Positions 33,801 through 46,500 of a stretch of DNA of 64,000 nucleotides are shown one piece after another (the first letter of the stretch is position 1; the number at the start of each line of letters is the position of its first letter). The position numbers and the translations under genes were made by a program. Below the pieces are notes generated by a model. It ran no database searches. It saw only the letters and a list, made by a program, of their open reading frames with translations, and was not told where the DNA came from. Source of the stretch: Gordius albopunctatus (Eukaryota); assembly GCA_964276515.1 (NCBI GenBank), contig OZ193909.1, positions 7,626,001-7,690,000 of the forward strand, in the 5' to 3' direction.

Positions 33801-36800
33801 CCAGTCTAATTGAATATAAATTATTTGGCCATATCATTTGTCACATTATTCCTAATTGAAGATGGTTTATTGGTAAGAATCTGATTATAATGCGTAGGCT
33901 AAAGTGCTACACTCATGATATTATATACATCTATACTAAAGAGCGTTAGTTATATAATTGAAATGTCATCATATTCTTCTGTGAAAGTGGTCAGGTATCA
34001 AAAAAGTTATAAAGTAGTTTTGCATGATTTTTAAAGTCTCCATATGTGTGAACTTTTTATTGCAGTGCGGGAATTAATATGGGGGCTATTCACCACCACA
34101 TCTAAATCCCACAACTATCTCAATGCATAAATAAAGAAATCCAATTCACTTCATTTTTATTTTTTGAGACTTCATCTTCTCCTTTTATTTTATTTTTTTC
34201 CCTGAAGATGGGCAATTGCCCGAAATATTGCGTTCCATTTACCTCTATTTACATTATCAATCCAACAAACCCATCGTTTTTATACTACAATTTTCATATA
34301 AACGGATCGAAAATTCTAGATTATATACAACAATCTTTATGAGGAATGATAACATTTCTCTCGAATTCTGAAAAGCCTTCCTTCTTCTTTGTTCGAGATG
34401 ATATTAAGTTGATATTGGTATTGGCTATGTCAATTTAATTATTACTTATTTTTCAGTGTCAACTAAATAGATACTTTTTAGGCGTGATCACTTAATTTTT
34501 TTGCAACATATACCAGATTCAAATTATCCAGTTGAAATGTTTCGAAGAAATCATAGCCATAGGCTACGCCGTTTATCGTGTCGACAAGCTGCCATGGTTC
34601 CGCACCTTGAGTTGGTATTTCCTCCTCGCTTCCAATTACTACTTTTACGGGGAAAGTATGGTGGAATATTTCGGGACCCTGGCCAATCGTAGGGTAAACT
34701 TGGATTTATTTTTTACATTTGTTAGATAAAATATCTGAGAAATCTGATATAGTCGGTAAATAAGGAGTTTTAAGAGCGGTCCCAAGTTTTTGGGCGTGTG
34801 TTAAAGTTAAAATTACTTATATTAGGTGGGCAAATTTTTTTCACGCAATATTGTGCACTTTTAGGCGACGGGAAGCATTAAAATGGGTAAATTAGTGAAT
34901 AAATCTTGTTTAATGCGTTGGTTTCTATAGTTGGCAACGTTAAACTACTACCGTAAGACCGTTTATTTAGGAAAGGACTTCAATAGTCTAAACTTTATAT
35001 GAATTAATTGCTCAATAAATAATATACTTAGCAATCTTTATTAAATTAATATAATTTTTAAAAACGACACTATGATAAAATTGTCTTTTTCCCTAAAAAT
35101 ATTTCAATTCTGGAAGATAACTTATACTTAATAGGTTTGTATTTTACAATCTCGCTCTATGCGTTGTATGTACTATATTCGATGTAGCGATTACAAATTT
35201 GTTCAATACGACACTTATCAATCCTAAAAATACACAAAATATTTTTGAATTTTATTAATAAATCTGCTATTCCATTATTCTCGTATCCAGTTTTCGATAT
35301 TGAGCTTCCTGATAACATACCACCGTTTCATCTCCTTTTCCCTGTACGTGGGAGGATTCGTGCTTTTCGTGCTAAGCTTGAAAAAAAGGTTTTACATGAA
35401 GCAATTTTCCCTGGTAATTTTGCCCTCAATATTTTCCTTGAATTTTTGACCATTTCCTGACTGCAAAATGTTCATACTTATGTGTATTCGTTTGCTGTGT
35501 GGCCTATTTTAGTTTGCTTGGACGCACGTTACCCTCATGATCATAGTGATACAATCTCACCTCCTGGTCCAAAATATCTTCGAAGGACTCATATGGTAAT
35601 ATATTTGGTTAAAAATTGGATGCCGGTTATTTTCAAAATACAAATCTAATGGTAAATAAGGCTTTCAGGCAATATTCCTAATGAATGATCATAAATCTAT
35701 TATTTACTCTTTGCCTGCCCATTGGATAACGAAATAATTATCAACACTAAAACAAAATAAAACAAACGATTTTTTGAAACGACGTAAATTGAATATGACC
35801 TTTTGTAACCTTGTCTTACATCTTTTTTACGGTTGCAGGTTTATAGTACCGGTATCGATGATCATCTGCAACGATATAGCGGCTTACCTCTTTGGATTTT
35901 TCTTCGGACGGACTCCTCTCATCCAGCTGTCCCCGAAAAAGACGTGGGAAGGCTTCATAGGAGGCTTAGCCACTACCCTCATCTTTGGATGGATCGTAAG
36001 TTGAAAATTATGTTTCATAACTTCTATTTTTATTAATGAAAGCACTTTGTCAAATGGGACCTCGTTAAATTTCCACTTTTGTATGAAATCCTTTAAAATG
36101 CCTAATTTTAGAAGTTTAACTATTTCGAATGAATGAGTTATTATAGTTATTGATATAGTCATATCATCTTATCTCGACGTGATTTGCATATTTTGTGTGA
36201 CCATATATAATCATCGAACAGTCATGTGCTGAAAACTAGATTTGGAGAGTGTATTGATTGATTTTAAGGATTATTTTGTTGATTAAAGTCGTTAAGAGGG
36301 AGATTATGGCAAGAATTAACTAACGCACTATAGCTAAAATTGTGTTATGTGAAATCCTGTGTTTCATATAAAACCATCGTGCCATGCCAACGGTGATGTA
36401 TTGATGGAATACAATGGTTATTGAGGCAAAAGAAGAGCGAAGTTTGGCACTATAATAATGAGTATGTTATAATTCAGAGTTTGTAAATAAGCAAGAATTA
36501 ACCCTTAGAATCGAGAGATATGAAATAAATTGGGTTTAGTTTTGATTAAAATATTGTCATCTGGTGAAACGAGCTGAAAATCACTTGGTAATTCGTATCG
36601 TGAAGGTGCAAATCAAAGGGAAGCGAAAGAGAGGAAGCCTTGGGCTGGCACAAACAGCTTTGCAAATTTTTTTAATCCTAGTGAATTATAAAACTAGGCC
36701 ATTATAAAATTAAGTAATATATCATTACATATTTGATTATGGGTACAATTTTTACACCCATTTAAAAATAAAGTCACTTTTTTATCATACCTTTATGATA

Positions 36801-38744
36801 AGACTTGTATTTGTATCTTATAATCAAGAAACCGGGAAAAAATTTACTCTAGCGCTTTTCTTTATATTATATATCTAATATACTTTGCGTTTTAAAATTC
36901 TAGTATTGGTGGAACTATGTTAAATCTATCTTTTAGCTTTTAATATTCTTTTATTTTACTTTTTTTTAACTCAAAACTAGCATTGGCTATCACAATATTC
37001 GCTTTTGTAAGAACGTATGTTTCATATAAAAATGACGTAATCATTAAATTTTTTAGTTTTCGGGCATCCTTTGCCAATACAAACACATGGTGTGCCCGGT
37101 GGATTACAACGAAACCAAAGACACCTTTTCCATGGATTGTGTTCCTGGCCCCGTTTTTCAACCCATGTTCCTTCAACCACCAACCCTCATGATTTACCTC
37201 CTGAAGTTGGTTAGTGTAATAAACCCATCTTCGCACTTGAAACCATTTGTTAACTTAACATTAAAGAATGGAATTTTATTTTGTATTACACACAATATAC
37301 TTGTGTTAGATGCCCAAGTCTCCTGCATGTTATTAACCTGGTCAGATTCGAATTTTAAACTAGCACAGTTGCTTTTTATTGGAATTTAATATTCTAACGG
37401 ATGAGCGATAATTTCATGAATTAAATATTATCGCAATGCTTTCACGAACAAGCCAACTTTTTTTAATATAGCGTTATGTTTTAGGTGACAATTTTTGAAT
37501 TTATTTGTTAAAGGATAACAAATAACTTATTTTGAAAAAATTTTGGTTCACGTGCTTTTTAATTTTAATTACTCTTTCATAATAAATTGCTATTCGATGC
37601 TGGTAGTTGCACCTTCCGATCAAAAAGATAGCCGTTTACCCGTTCCAGCTCCACTCTCTCTCAATGTCCCTGTTTGGATCTATCATAGGACCGTTCGGTG
37701 GGTTTTTCGCCAGCGGCTTTAAGCGCGCTTTTAAGATTAAGGTATGTGAAAGGAATTCGAATAAATGTCTCTTTTATACAGAAGTTAAGTATACTTATTT
37801 AATTAGTTGATGATGAGCTCTTGCCTATATACGCTTGTTGATGCGCATTTATCGATTTTTACAATTAATTTTCAGGATTTTGGGGGCATGATCCCCGGCC
37901 ACGGTGGAGTTATGGATCGTTTCGATTGTCAGGTTTTGATGGCGACTTTTGTGCACGTTTACTACTCGAGCTTCGTCAAGTATGATATTCTGCAGATAAA
38001 TGGATCATGAATTGAATATTTTAAAATATAATATTACACTTTAGAATACTGACGTTAACCCGGTTCTGCTTAATTTTTTTTTGTAATTTGGCCTCTCTGT
38101 TGGACCCAAATAATGTATACTTGCCAAAGTTTCTCTTAAATCTTAATTTTAAAAGGTAGAGCAAGGTTAAATTTTTTGGATTGATCGATACTTGATATAT
38201 TTATGTAACAAATGGGAAATTTACTTTAATATTCCCTACACTTATTAATTGGGGCGTGGGCGCGTAGTGGTATAGGCTTTGTCTTTGAAACTGGAACTCA
38301 CAACACACCCGCTCACGGCACTTTCTTTCAAAAGATTTAAAAACTATGGCACTAACACCCTAGATAGCCAAGCTTCACCACTCATCCTATCTCTAAACGA
38401 AGCTAACCACCAAGTCTGACAAACAGCTCTAGGGATTTTTTAAATAGATTTGATGTAGCTTTGCCTCACATTTTCATTTCAAATTTTAGGCGGCTTTGGC
38501 TCGAAAATATATTTGTAGGGGCAGACATTTAACATTTTTACACCTTTTGTATTAGTAGACCGACAAATATTAATACAGCACTATTTATATTATATATCTT
38601 CGTTTTAATAGGGCGCCAAACTTGGAAAAGTTGATGCATCACATTTTTGTCCTTAAGCCTGACCAGCAACTCGAGCTGTTTAATCAAATGAAAAGGCGCT
38701 TGATAGAGAGACGCATGTTGCCTCTTCCTCCCAAAGAATTTTAG
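30813..38744 (+). CDS. Cds: Phosphatidate cytidylyltransferase (CDP-diacylglycerol synthase); exons about 30813-30860, 30966-31153, 31967-32063, 34517-34693, 35291-35413, 35513-35595, 35839-35995, 37057-37209, 37607-37741, 37877-37979, 38612-38744
   Basis: MTEVRKR N-terminus, [83 protein letters not shown]; all joins phase-consistent. Confidence 0.96.
34190..34290 (+). mobile_element. Penelope-like pLTR remnant with hammerhead-like core
   Basis: CTGAAGA-t-GGGC-aatt-GCCC-GAAA-tatt; homologous copy on the minus strand at 57555-57650. Confidence 0.5.
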
Positions 38745-40531
38745 AATCATCTATTTGGCCATCCCAAACCTTTGTCTCCGTACGACAAAATGTATTGTTG
38801 CGTTAGTTCTTTACTACCAAATAATCCATCAACCAATAAATATACATGAAATTTGACTCTCATCTTTTTTAGTAAATTTTATTTAATCTAGGACAAAATC
38901 CTTCATAAATCTATTATAACACACTTATGGGCATACAAACATCATTTAAATTCAATTACTCCTTTTACGTGATGTAATGATCGTATAAGTTATTTTGGTT
39001 GTTACATCTCAATAACTTTTATCAACCTCATATAAGGTCTCCTGCCTATGAAAGTTATAATTCTCATCAATCTGTACGTGCAAATATAAAAATCGTTAAG
39101 TATTTAGTCCAAATAATACATATACTTCTTATACCTACATTTATATAATCGTATGTTCCTAATAATCTGTATATTTTTCACGTAATAAATACTATTATTC
39201 ATTTCTATTCTGATAACGAATATAATTAAGTTTTAGACTGAATTAGCGAGTATAAATTAAATATTTTCTTTAGGTGAAATTTAAACTGTCTTCTTTATTA
39301 AGAAACATTTTTCCATTACAAAATTAAAATTAGATGTAGCCCTAAACTTAGTAATTCATAACGATCTTGGAATAATTTGTTTAACTTTAGTCTTTCTTAC
39401 TACATAACGACTAATTTAAAATACATGATTGTTGTACCTCCTAATTCCAGGTTTAATTAAAAATATGAAATAAACTCAATCTTTATTTGATTTGCAATAT
39501 GAATCAAATCTAAAAATATAGATATCCTCAACCAAAAGAGTTTAATTTAAATCCTGATGCTTGTGAGTAGGTATGATATACATTTAAAAAAAATTTATTT
39601 TATTCATTGCACTCTTAAAAGACTCTTGAAAATTTAGAAATAATAGGAGAAAAAGTTTCCCGCCGTTAACATGTAAAAAAATACGATTACAATCATTAAA
39701 ATCAAAAATAAAGAAAATATAAGATTAGAAACTTATATTGCCGGAACTCAAATTAACTCATAGTCTTACGTTCTAAACTTTATTGGTCGATGCTTGATAT
39801 AAAAATGAGTCTAAGTTTGGTCATTATAAACTATGGTGTTTAATACACCAATGCAAGGTATAGCAATTTATTCCAGACAGCAACGATTTTATTTCTTGTA
39901 GGAGTAAAAATGTTTCACGAGTAAAAATTACACTACTGATAATATTTGCGTACACATTTAGTTTATATAATTATAAAATACATAACCATTATTATTGGAA
40001 AAATCGATAATATTCTTGGAAGATCTGAATTAATCGATGCGCTTCCATGAAGGACGATCGATATCGTGCAATTTATTGATTGACTCATCGGAACTTGGTT
40101 GGGAACTTATTTCTCGGAAATTGACATCCGCTACAAAACCCTCTAATGTGATCGATAAAATCAAAAACTGTGATAGGGTTAAGATATTTGGCACAAGATC
40201 TTAAACAAAAAAACAAATTATATATAGATTTAAAGAATAAAAATTTTATGCAAACAAAAAATTGTATGGTGATAATCTAAACGATGTTACGTTCTCTATT
40301 TCCGCACAAAATATTGATTGCTATTTAAAAAATTAAAACACGATAAAATTTTATCAGGTGAAAACGTATGATCTCTGTCGTGATGCTTACCTCTCCCTTT
40401 AATTCCATTCATAATTTTAATTGTTGCCTATAGTGAGGAACAAGCTAAAAGTTATTTGACGAGTTTACAGTGTATAGCTTAAAATAATATAGACCGCTAT
40501 GTTTTGAATGCTACCTAAATAATTCAAATCA

Positions 40532-43500
40532 ATGAAGTTTTGTAAGGGCACAAAATATCCTGTGGCTGAAGGAGGACTTAGCAGTATCTCTATCAAGGAA
40601 GATAAATATGATGAGGCTAATGCCTTTTTACTTTTGCCAAAATCTAACGAACAAAAAATTATAAAAAAAGATAAAATGAGCAAAATTAAGATGCAAAGTA
40701 AAACAAAAATTAAAAAGTTGAAAAAATTGCATGATCAAAAGACAAAACGGAACAAAAGAATAGAAACCCTACATTCTCTTAAAGATTCAACCATTTCGTT
40801 TGAAGAAAGAACTCAAATGAAATCAATTAGCTATTTGCAAACTTATGGGAAAAAGAAATCATTTAATACTCAAATAAAATCCCCTTGGCAAGTATAACGT
40901 TGCATTTTTTATGCTTAACTAAAATTATAGAAGGAGGATTGTGAGGAGTGCATTGATGAAAGTTTTGATCCACCAGAGGATATACTAAATATAAATAGCA
41001 AAAATAATGTAAATCATTTAGACAACATGCTGAATGATAGTTATCTAGAATCCCATAATTCTAAATCACCTAAGGTATCAACTGCTCTAATATCTTAATT
41101 ATATATTTTTTCCAAATTATATGTTTTTCTTATATTTATATTGCTTTTAACTTATTCTTAAAACTCATAAAACCATCTGTAAAATTATTAAAATGTGATA
41201 GACATTAGTTGATCAAGAAGATAAGACATTAGCTCATCAAGAAGATAGAGAAATAGTTTTGGCAAAAGTTGACATAAAAACAAATGCCAATGGTGTTAAA
41301 GGGATAAAAAGGCAAAAAATTGAAGTTGATACAACAAAATTACTGAAAAAAGTTGTACCAGTTTTAAGAGATCCTAAAATTCAAAAATTACGTGATAAGC
41401 TCCCAATTATTAGTGAGGAGCACTCAATCATGGAAAGTATTAATGAAAATCCTTTTGTAATTATTTGTGGAGAGACGGGAAGTGGGAAAACAACACAGGT
41501 GAATTAGTCCTTTTTATATTTGTATATTTATCATTTTTTATCAACTCTCCTACAATTATGATTAATGTAATATAAGATTTTCATGTTCTTTAGATAATGA
41601 GTATGTTATTTATATATAAAATAAAACAGACACTTTGTGAATAATGCTGTTATTAGAAAATGCGTTTTAGCATAGAATACATTTTAAATCAATATATTTA
41701 ATTTTTCATTTTTTTAACTTCTGTTTTGCTTTACTGTGACCATTATTGTGTTCCAGTTGCTTTAAATGATTTATTTTGACTGTGGCAAAAGGATTTTCCC
41801 TTTTTTATCAAAAATAGTTTGCATTAAACTATTATATCATTTCCCCCTAAATTTGGCCACCTTAAAAATTTTCTGCTAAAATAAATTACTGTATAAACCA
41901 TAAAATTAAACAAAAAACACAAGTAACAACGTTTAAAGAATCACACTAGGCTATATAATTTTAATTTGGTTTTTTGTGGAGCAAGACTAAGTGAAATAAG
42001 TATAAATCATTTGTTATTTTCCATTTATCATCACACTCAGGTTCCACAATTCTTGTACGAGGCCGGGTATGCTCTCGAAAGGAGAATATGCGTTACAGAG
42101 CCCCGCCGGGTTGCGGCCACGACCCTATCGAAGCGCGTTGGTTTAGAACTTGGTTTGGGGCCGGATGAAGTTTCTTACCAAATCCGCTACGATGGGACTG
42201 TCAGTCCGAGCACCAAAATAAAATTTGTTACGGATGGGGTGTTGATGCGCGAAGTGCAAAACGATTTTTTGCTCACCGACTACTCCGCCATCATTATAGA
42301 CGAAGCACACGAACGCAGCGTTTATACCGGTTTAACCTTTGCTTTAAATATCTTGTTTGTCCTCTTCTTCTTTATCATGTATTAAATCTCACAACCTTTA
42401 GGTTTGTGCTGATAAGTTTCTTTCATCTTGATCTGGTTAGAACCACGTCCTGATTTATGATGTTATTCACCATTACTTTGTCTGATTGCCTTTCCGCGTG
42501 ACACGAGGCCGTCCTCTTCCCGTCACCTTCACCCATACTTTTCAATTTACATCATTCTTCCTTCTCCCATCTTAACTAGTCCGCCATAGGTTGAATACCC
42601 ATTTTTGCGCTGAGAAAGTCATTCGTCATATGGTCGAACTTAGTATACTCTAGTGTTGTAAAAAACAGCTGGGTTTTGTTTGGTCGACCTTTAATTTTAC
42701 TCGACTAAACATCAACAAGCCAAAGGTTTGACCAAAAACCTTTGGTCTATTTATGCGACTGAGAAAAGGAGACGAAAAAATTGTTGGTTTGTTGATGTTT
42801 AGTCGACTTAAGCCTAAGGTCGACCAAACAAATCCCAGCCCTTTTTACAACACTACTATACTTTTAAGCTGCACCGTTTCATTCTCATCTCCGCCGCTTG
42901 TAATAAATTTTCTTCGGTGGTGTCTAATGCCATGTTTCTCTTCCTAGATTAACATGGGTTTTACGATGGATTTGTAAGCTTCGTTCTTCAATTGTATTGG
43001 CATCTACTTGTGGCGCATTACACCGTTTAGTTTGTAAACCTATTATTTCGAAGAATGTTTTGCCCGAAAGCATGCAGTGTCATTTACAATTGTCACGCTA
43101 AATTTTAGATGTATTGATTGGGCTCCTGTCCAGAATTATTCCGGTCCGAGAAAAACGGGGAGCACCTCTCAAATTAATAATCATGTCAGCCACCATGAGG
43201 ATCGACGATTTCGCCAAAAACAAGTATATTAATTTTTTTAACTTGAATTCAACCTGATTTTTACCAGATTAATCACATTATTAACAACTGAAACGGAAAT
43301 TCGTTCGGTTCGGCTGGTGTGCCTTTCATATTTGTTTTTATTTTGATAACATGCTATCTTGTTATTTTCGTTTATTTTTAAAAAATTTAAAAGAGTTTCG
43401 CTATTGTGTTTATTTGCCATTTACTTATCTTGGCATGCCAAGTCTTAATGCCGCTTTTTAATTGTCCCTGAGACGACTTTAAGATCTTTGCATCGATTGT

Positions 43501-46500
43501 ATTTACTATTGATTGGCCTAACTACGCCTTTATTAAAAAGTATGTAGATATGTGTATTTTTTAGACTTATCAGACACGAGTATTTTTCACATTTTTGTAA
43601 TTATTTATACATATATTAGTATCTCTACGCTAAAAGCAGCAATATAATTTTTAATCTATTACCCTAGGCGTTTGTTCAAATGCGACGTGCCCATTATCAA
43701 GATTCCCTCCAAACAATACCCCATATCGATTCATTTCAGTCTTTCCACGCCCCTCGACAATTACATGGAGGAATTGTATCGCAAAGTAATAGTCATTTCT
43801 TCCCACAAAACGTGGAATTTGTGGCCAGGACTATATTATCTTTTAAGCTCTCCCCACGTAAAACGCTTCCAAGAAATTGTAAACATTTACTATAGCCATT
43901 TTTGGTTGAGTCTTTCTTCTACGATTTAGATTTTTAGGGTAACATATTTTGTTAAATATCCCGCTGCTGTTGAGTTGTTTATCTTTGAAATTGTCGCTAT
44001 CATTTTGATTCTTTTAGGTTTGTAAGATCCATCGTAAACTACCGTCCGGGGGTATACTAGTTTTTGTGACGGGTCGAGCCGAAGTCAATGAGTTGTGCAA
44101 AAAGTTAAAGGAAACCTTTCCCTCTACCAATCACCACAACGCCGGTGCTAAAAATTCGGACAAAAGTCGTGGTCGCACCAAAAAATTGAAATCTGAAAGT
44201 AGCAAATTTATTTTCGAATCGAAAAATACATTTAAAAAACAACATCGGATGCATTAATCACGAGTGAATTTGAATAGGCGAATATAATTCAGTTGAATTT
44301 GATAGCAGTTTGTGGTTTGTTTTTTGCCAACAAAATCGTGGAATACTAAGCTGTTGTTCAATTTGTCTTGGTGGAGATGAACAGCCCGACTGTTTTTTGG
44401 TATCTAACTACATGTTTTGACACTATTTTGGGTTTTAATTAATACATAAACCGATATCGATAATGAGGGTTTCACATAAGAGCTCGAAACTCGGTGGCAG
44501 GATTCAAGGCTGGAGTAAACTTTTTTTTTAATAACCTCAAGTTTTGTATAACAACATCGATATGTTTAAGGTGTTAATATAGCAAAAGTTTATTTATAGT
44601 TACGAAAAAAGGTATTTAATTATTCAATAAAATTTACGTTTTTTACGACCATCATGCATGGAAACAAACTTTGTAAACAATTTTTTGATTTCTACGTTTT
44701 TTGTAATGATCAAACATTGAAGGTCATGAAGTTAGCCGCCCGAACGATTTAAATTCGTATCCTACCTCTGCAACTGAAAACCCCCAAGATTATGAGGAAG
44801 TTGAAGATTGCACACAAGAACCGCTTCACGTGCTCCCACTTTATTCTCTCCTCGCGCCCGAGCATCAAAATCTCGTTTTTGAGTATTACGCTTGTCGCTC
44901 TACGTCTGACGCTTGCGCTCCACGCTTGTGCGTCGTGGCTACTAACGTGGCCGAAACGAGCGTCACTATCCCTGGCATCAAATACGTAGTAGATTGTGGC
45001 CGAGAGAAGCGCTTGAGTTACGGCGTCAGCGCTATTCCGCGCTTGAGCGTTGTTTGGATCTCCAAATCGTCCGCAGACCAAAGGGCTGGGCGCAGCGGTA
45101 GGACCGGACCCGGGCACTGCTATAGGTGAGTTGCATTATTTTGCGTCATATTTATGAATTTATATTGTTTTAGTTAAAGACCAATTTAACCCTTATTTAA
45201 TTTTGATAAAAAATGGTGTATTATGATTTTCATCGTTGTGTGGCGAAAGTCTTTACTAGCTACTTAACTCATTTTAACCAAAATACTAGACATTATTACG
45301 TATATCCTTTGCATGTGTGGTGAGATGGGTTGATGAATGAGTAGGGAAAAAATACATGGGCTTAGCCAGCCCAGCATTGATTTAGGGAGGGGCAAAATGA
45401 ACACTTTTTTGAAATTTTAGCCATAATTTTGCATAAATTCTACAAATTTTTGGATTTCTCCCTGCATCCCTTGGCTACGCCCATTGAAAAATATATCGTG
45501 TAATTTGTAATAAAACGTTGTTGCCCTTCACATTAAGACTTTACTCGTCAGCCGTTTATAACGACGAATTTCCGCAATTTTCATCACCCGAAATCGAAAC
45601 ACGGCCCGTGGAAGATATCGTGTTGCAAATGAAGTTGTTGAACATTGACAAAGTCGAAAATTTTCCTTTCCCCAGCCCGCCCCCTCTCAAGGCTATTCGC
45701 GGGGCCGAGCTCCTGCTAGCCGTGTTAGGTTTGATGGAGCCTCTCAAAACAACACCTAAGAGTGATGGCCACCCAGGTTAGCTTATCAATTTATGAGAAA
45801 CACTTGTAAAAACTCCTTGGATTCGGGCTTTCATCTTTTAGAGGAAGATTTAGTTTTTAGAATAAGAAATTCTGAGTGGAGATTTGTATTTTTTGCAAAT
45901 AGCAACATAGCATCAACATGAAAATTGTATTTTGAAACGCCGAAAAAACAAAATTGTGCAAACGAATATTTGAGGAGCAACCGAAATAGGTTAAAGCTTG
46001 CGTTTAAATTCAAACTGAAAATAAGTAACTACCAAACATCCAAAAAATTTTAACGTATCATAACATTACTTTGAATCCTTATAAGTTTCTAAATAATCAT
46101 TTACCGTTATATGTAAATTAACTTTGTTCGGATAAAAACTTTTCATTTTAATATTACCCCCCCCCCTCCTTGATAAACTTGGCTACGCCTATTACTGAAT
46201 AAAATTTTTAAAAATTATAATTGCATTTATTTGAATCAGTAATTAAGGCGAACCCACCCACAAATTCAAATAAATTTTAAAATCAAATTTATTTCTCATA
46301 GATATGTTATTATACTCATTAAGCAGTTAGATAATTAATGATATAACATTACGTGGCGATCGTTTGAAATTTATGGTTTAAAGAACCAACATAAAATGTG
46401 GCTTAAACATTGACTGTATATTGGAAATATTATTAATAACAAAACAATAGTCATAATCTATATATATAAAGGCAAATTTAAAAGAATGTGTGTTGTTTTG

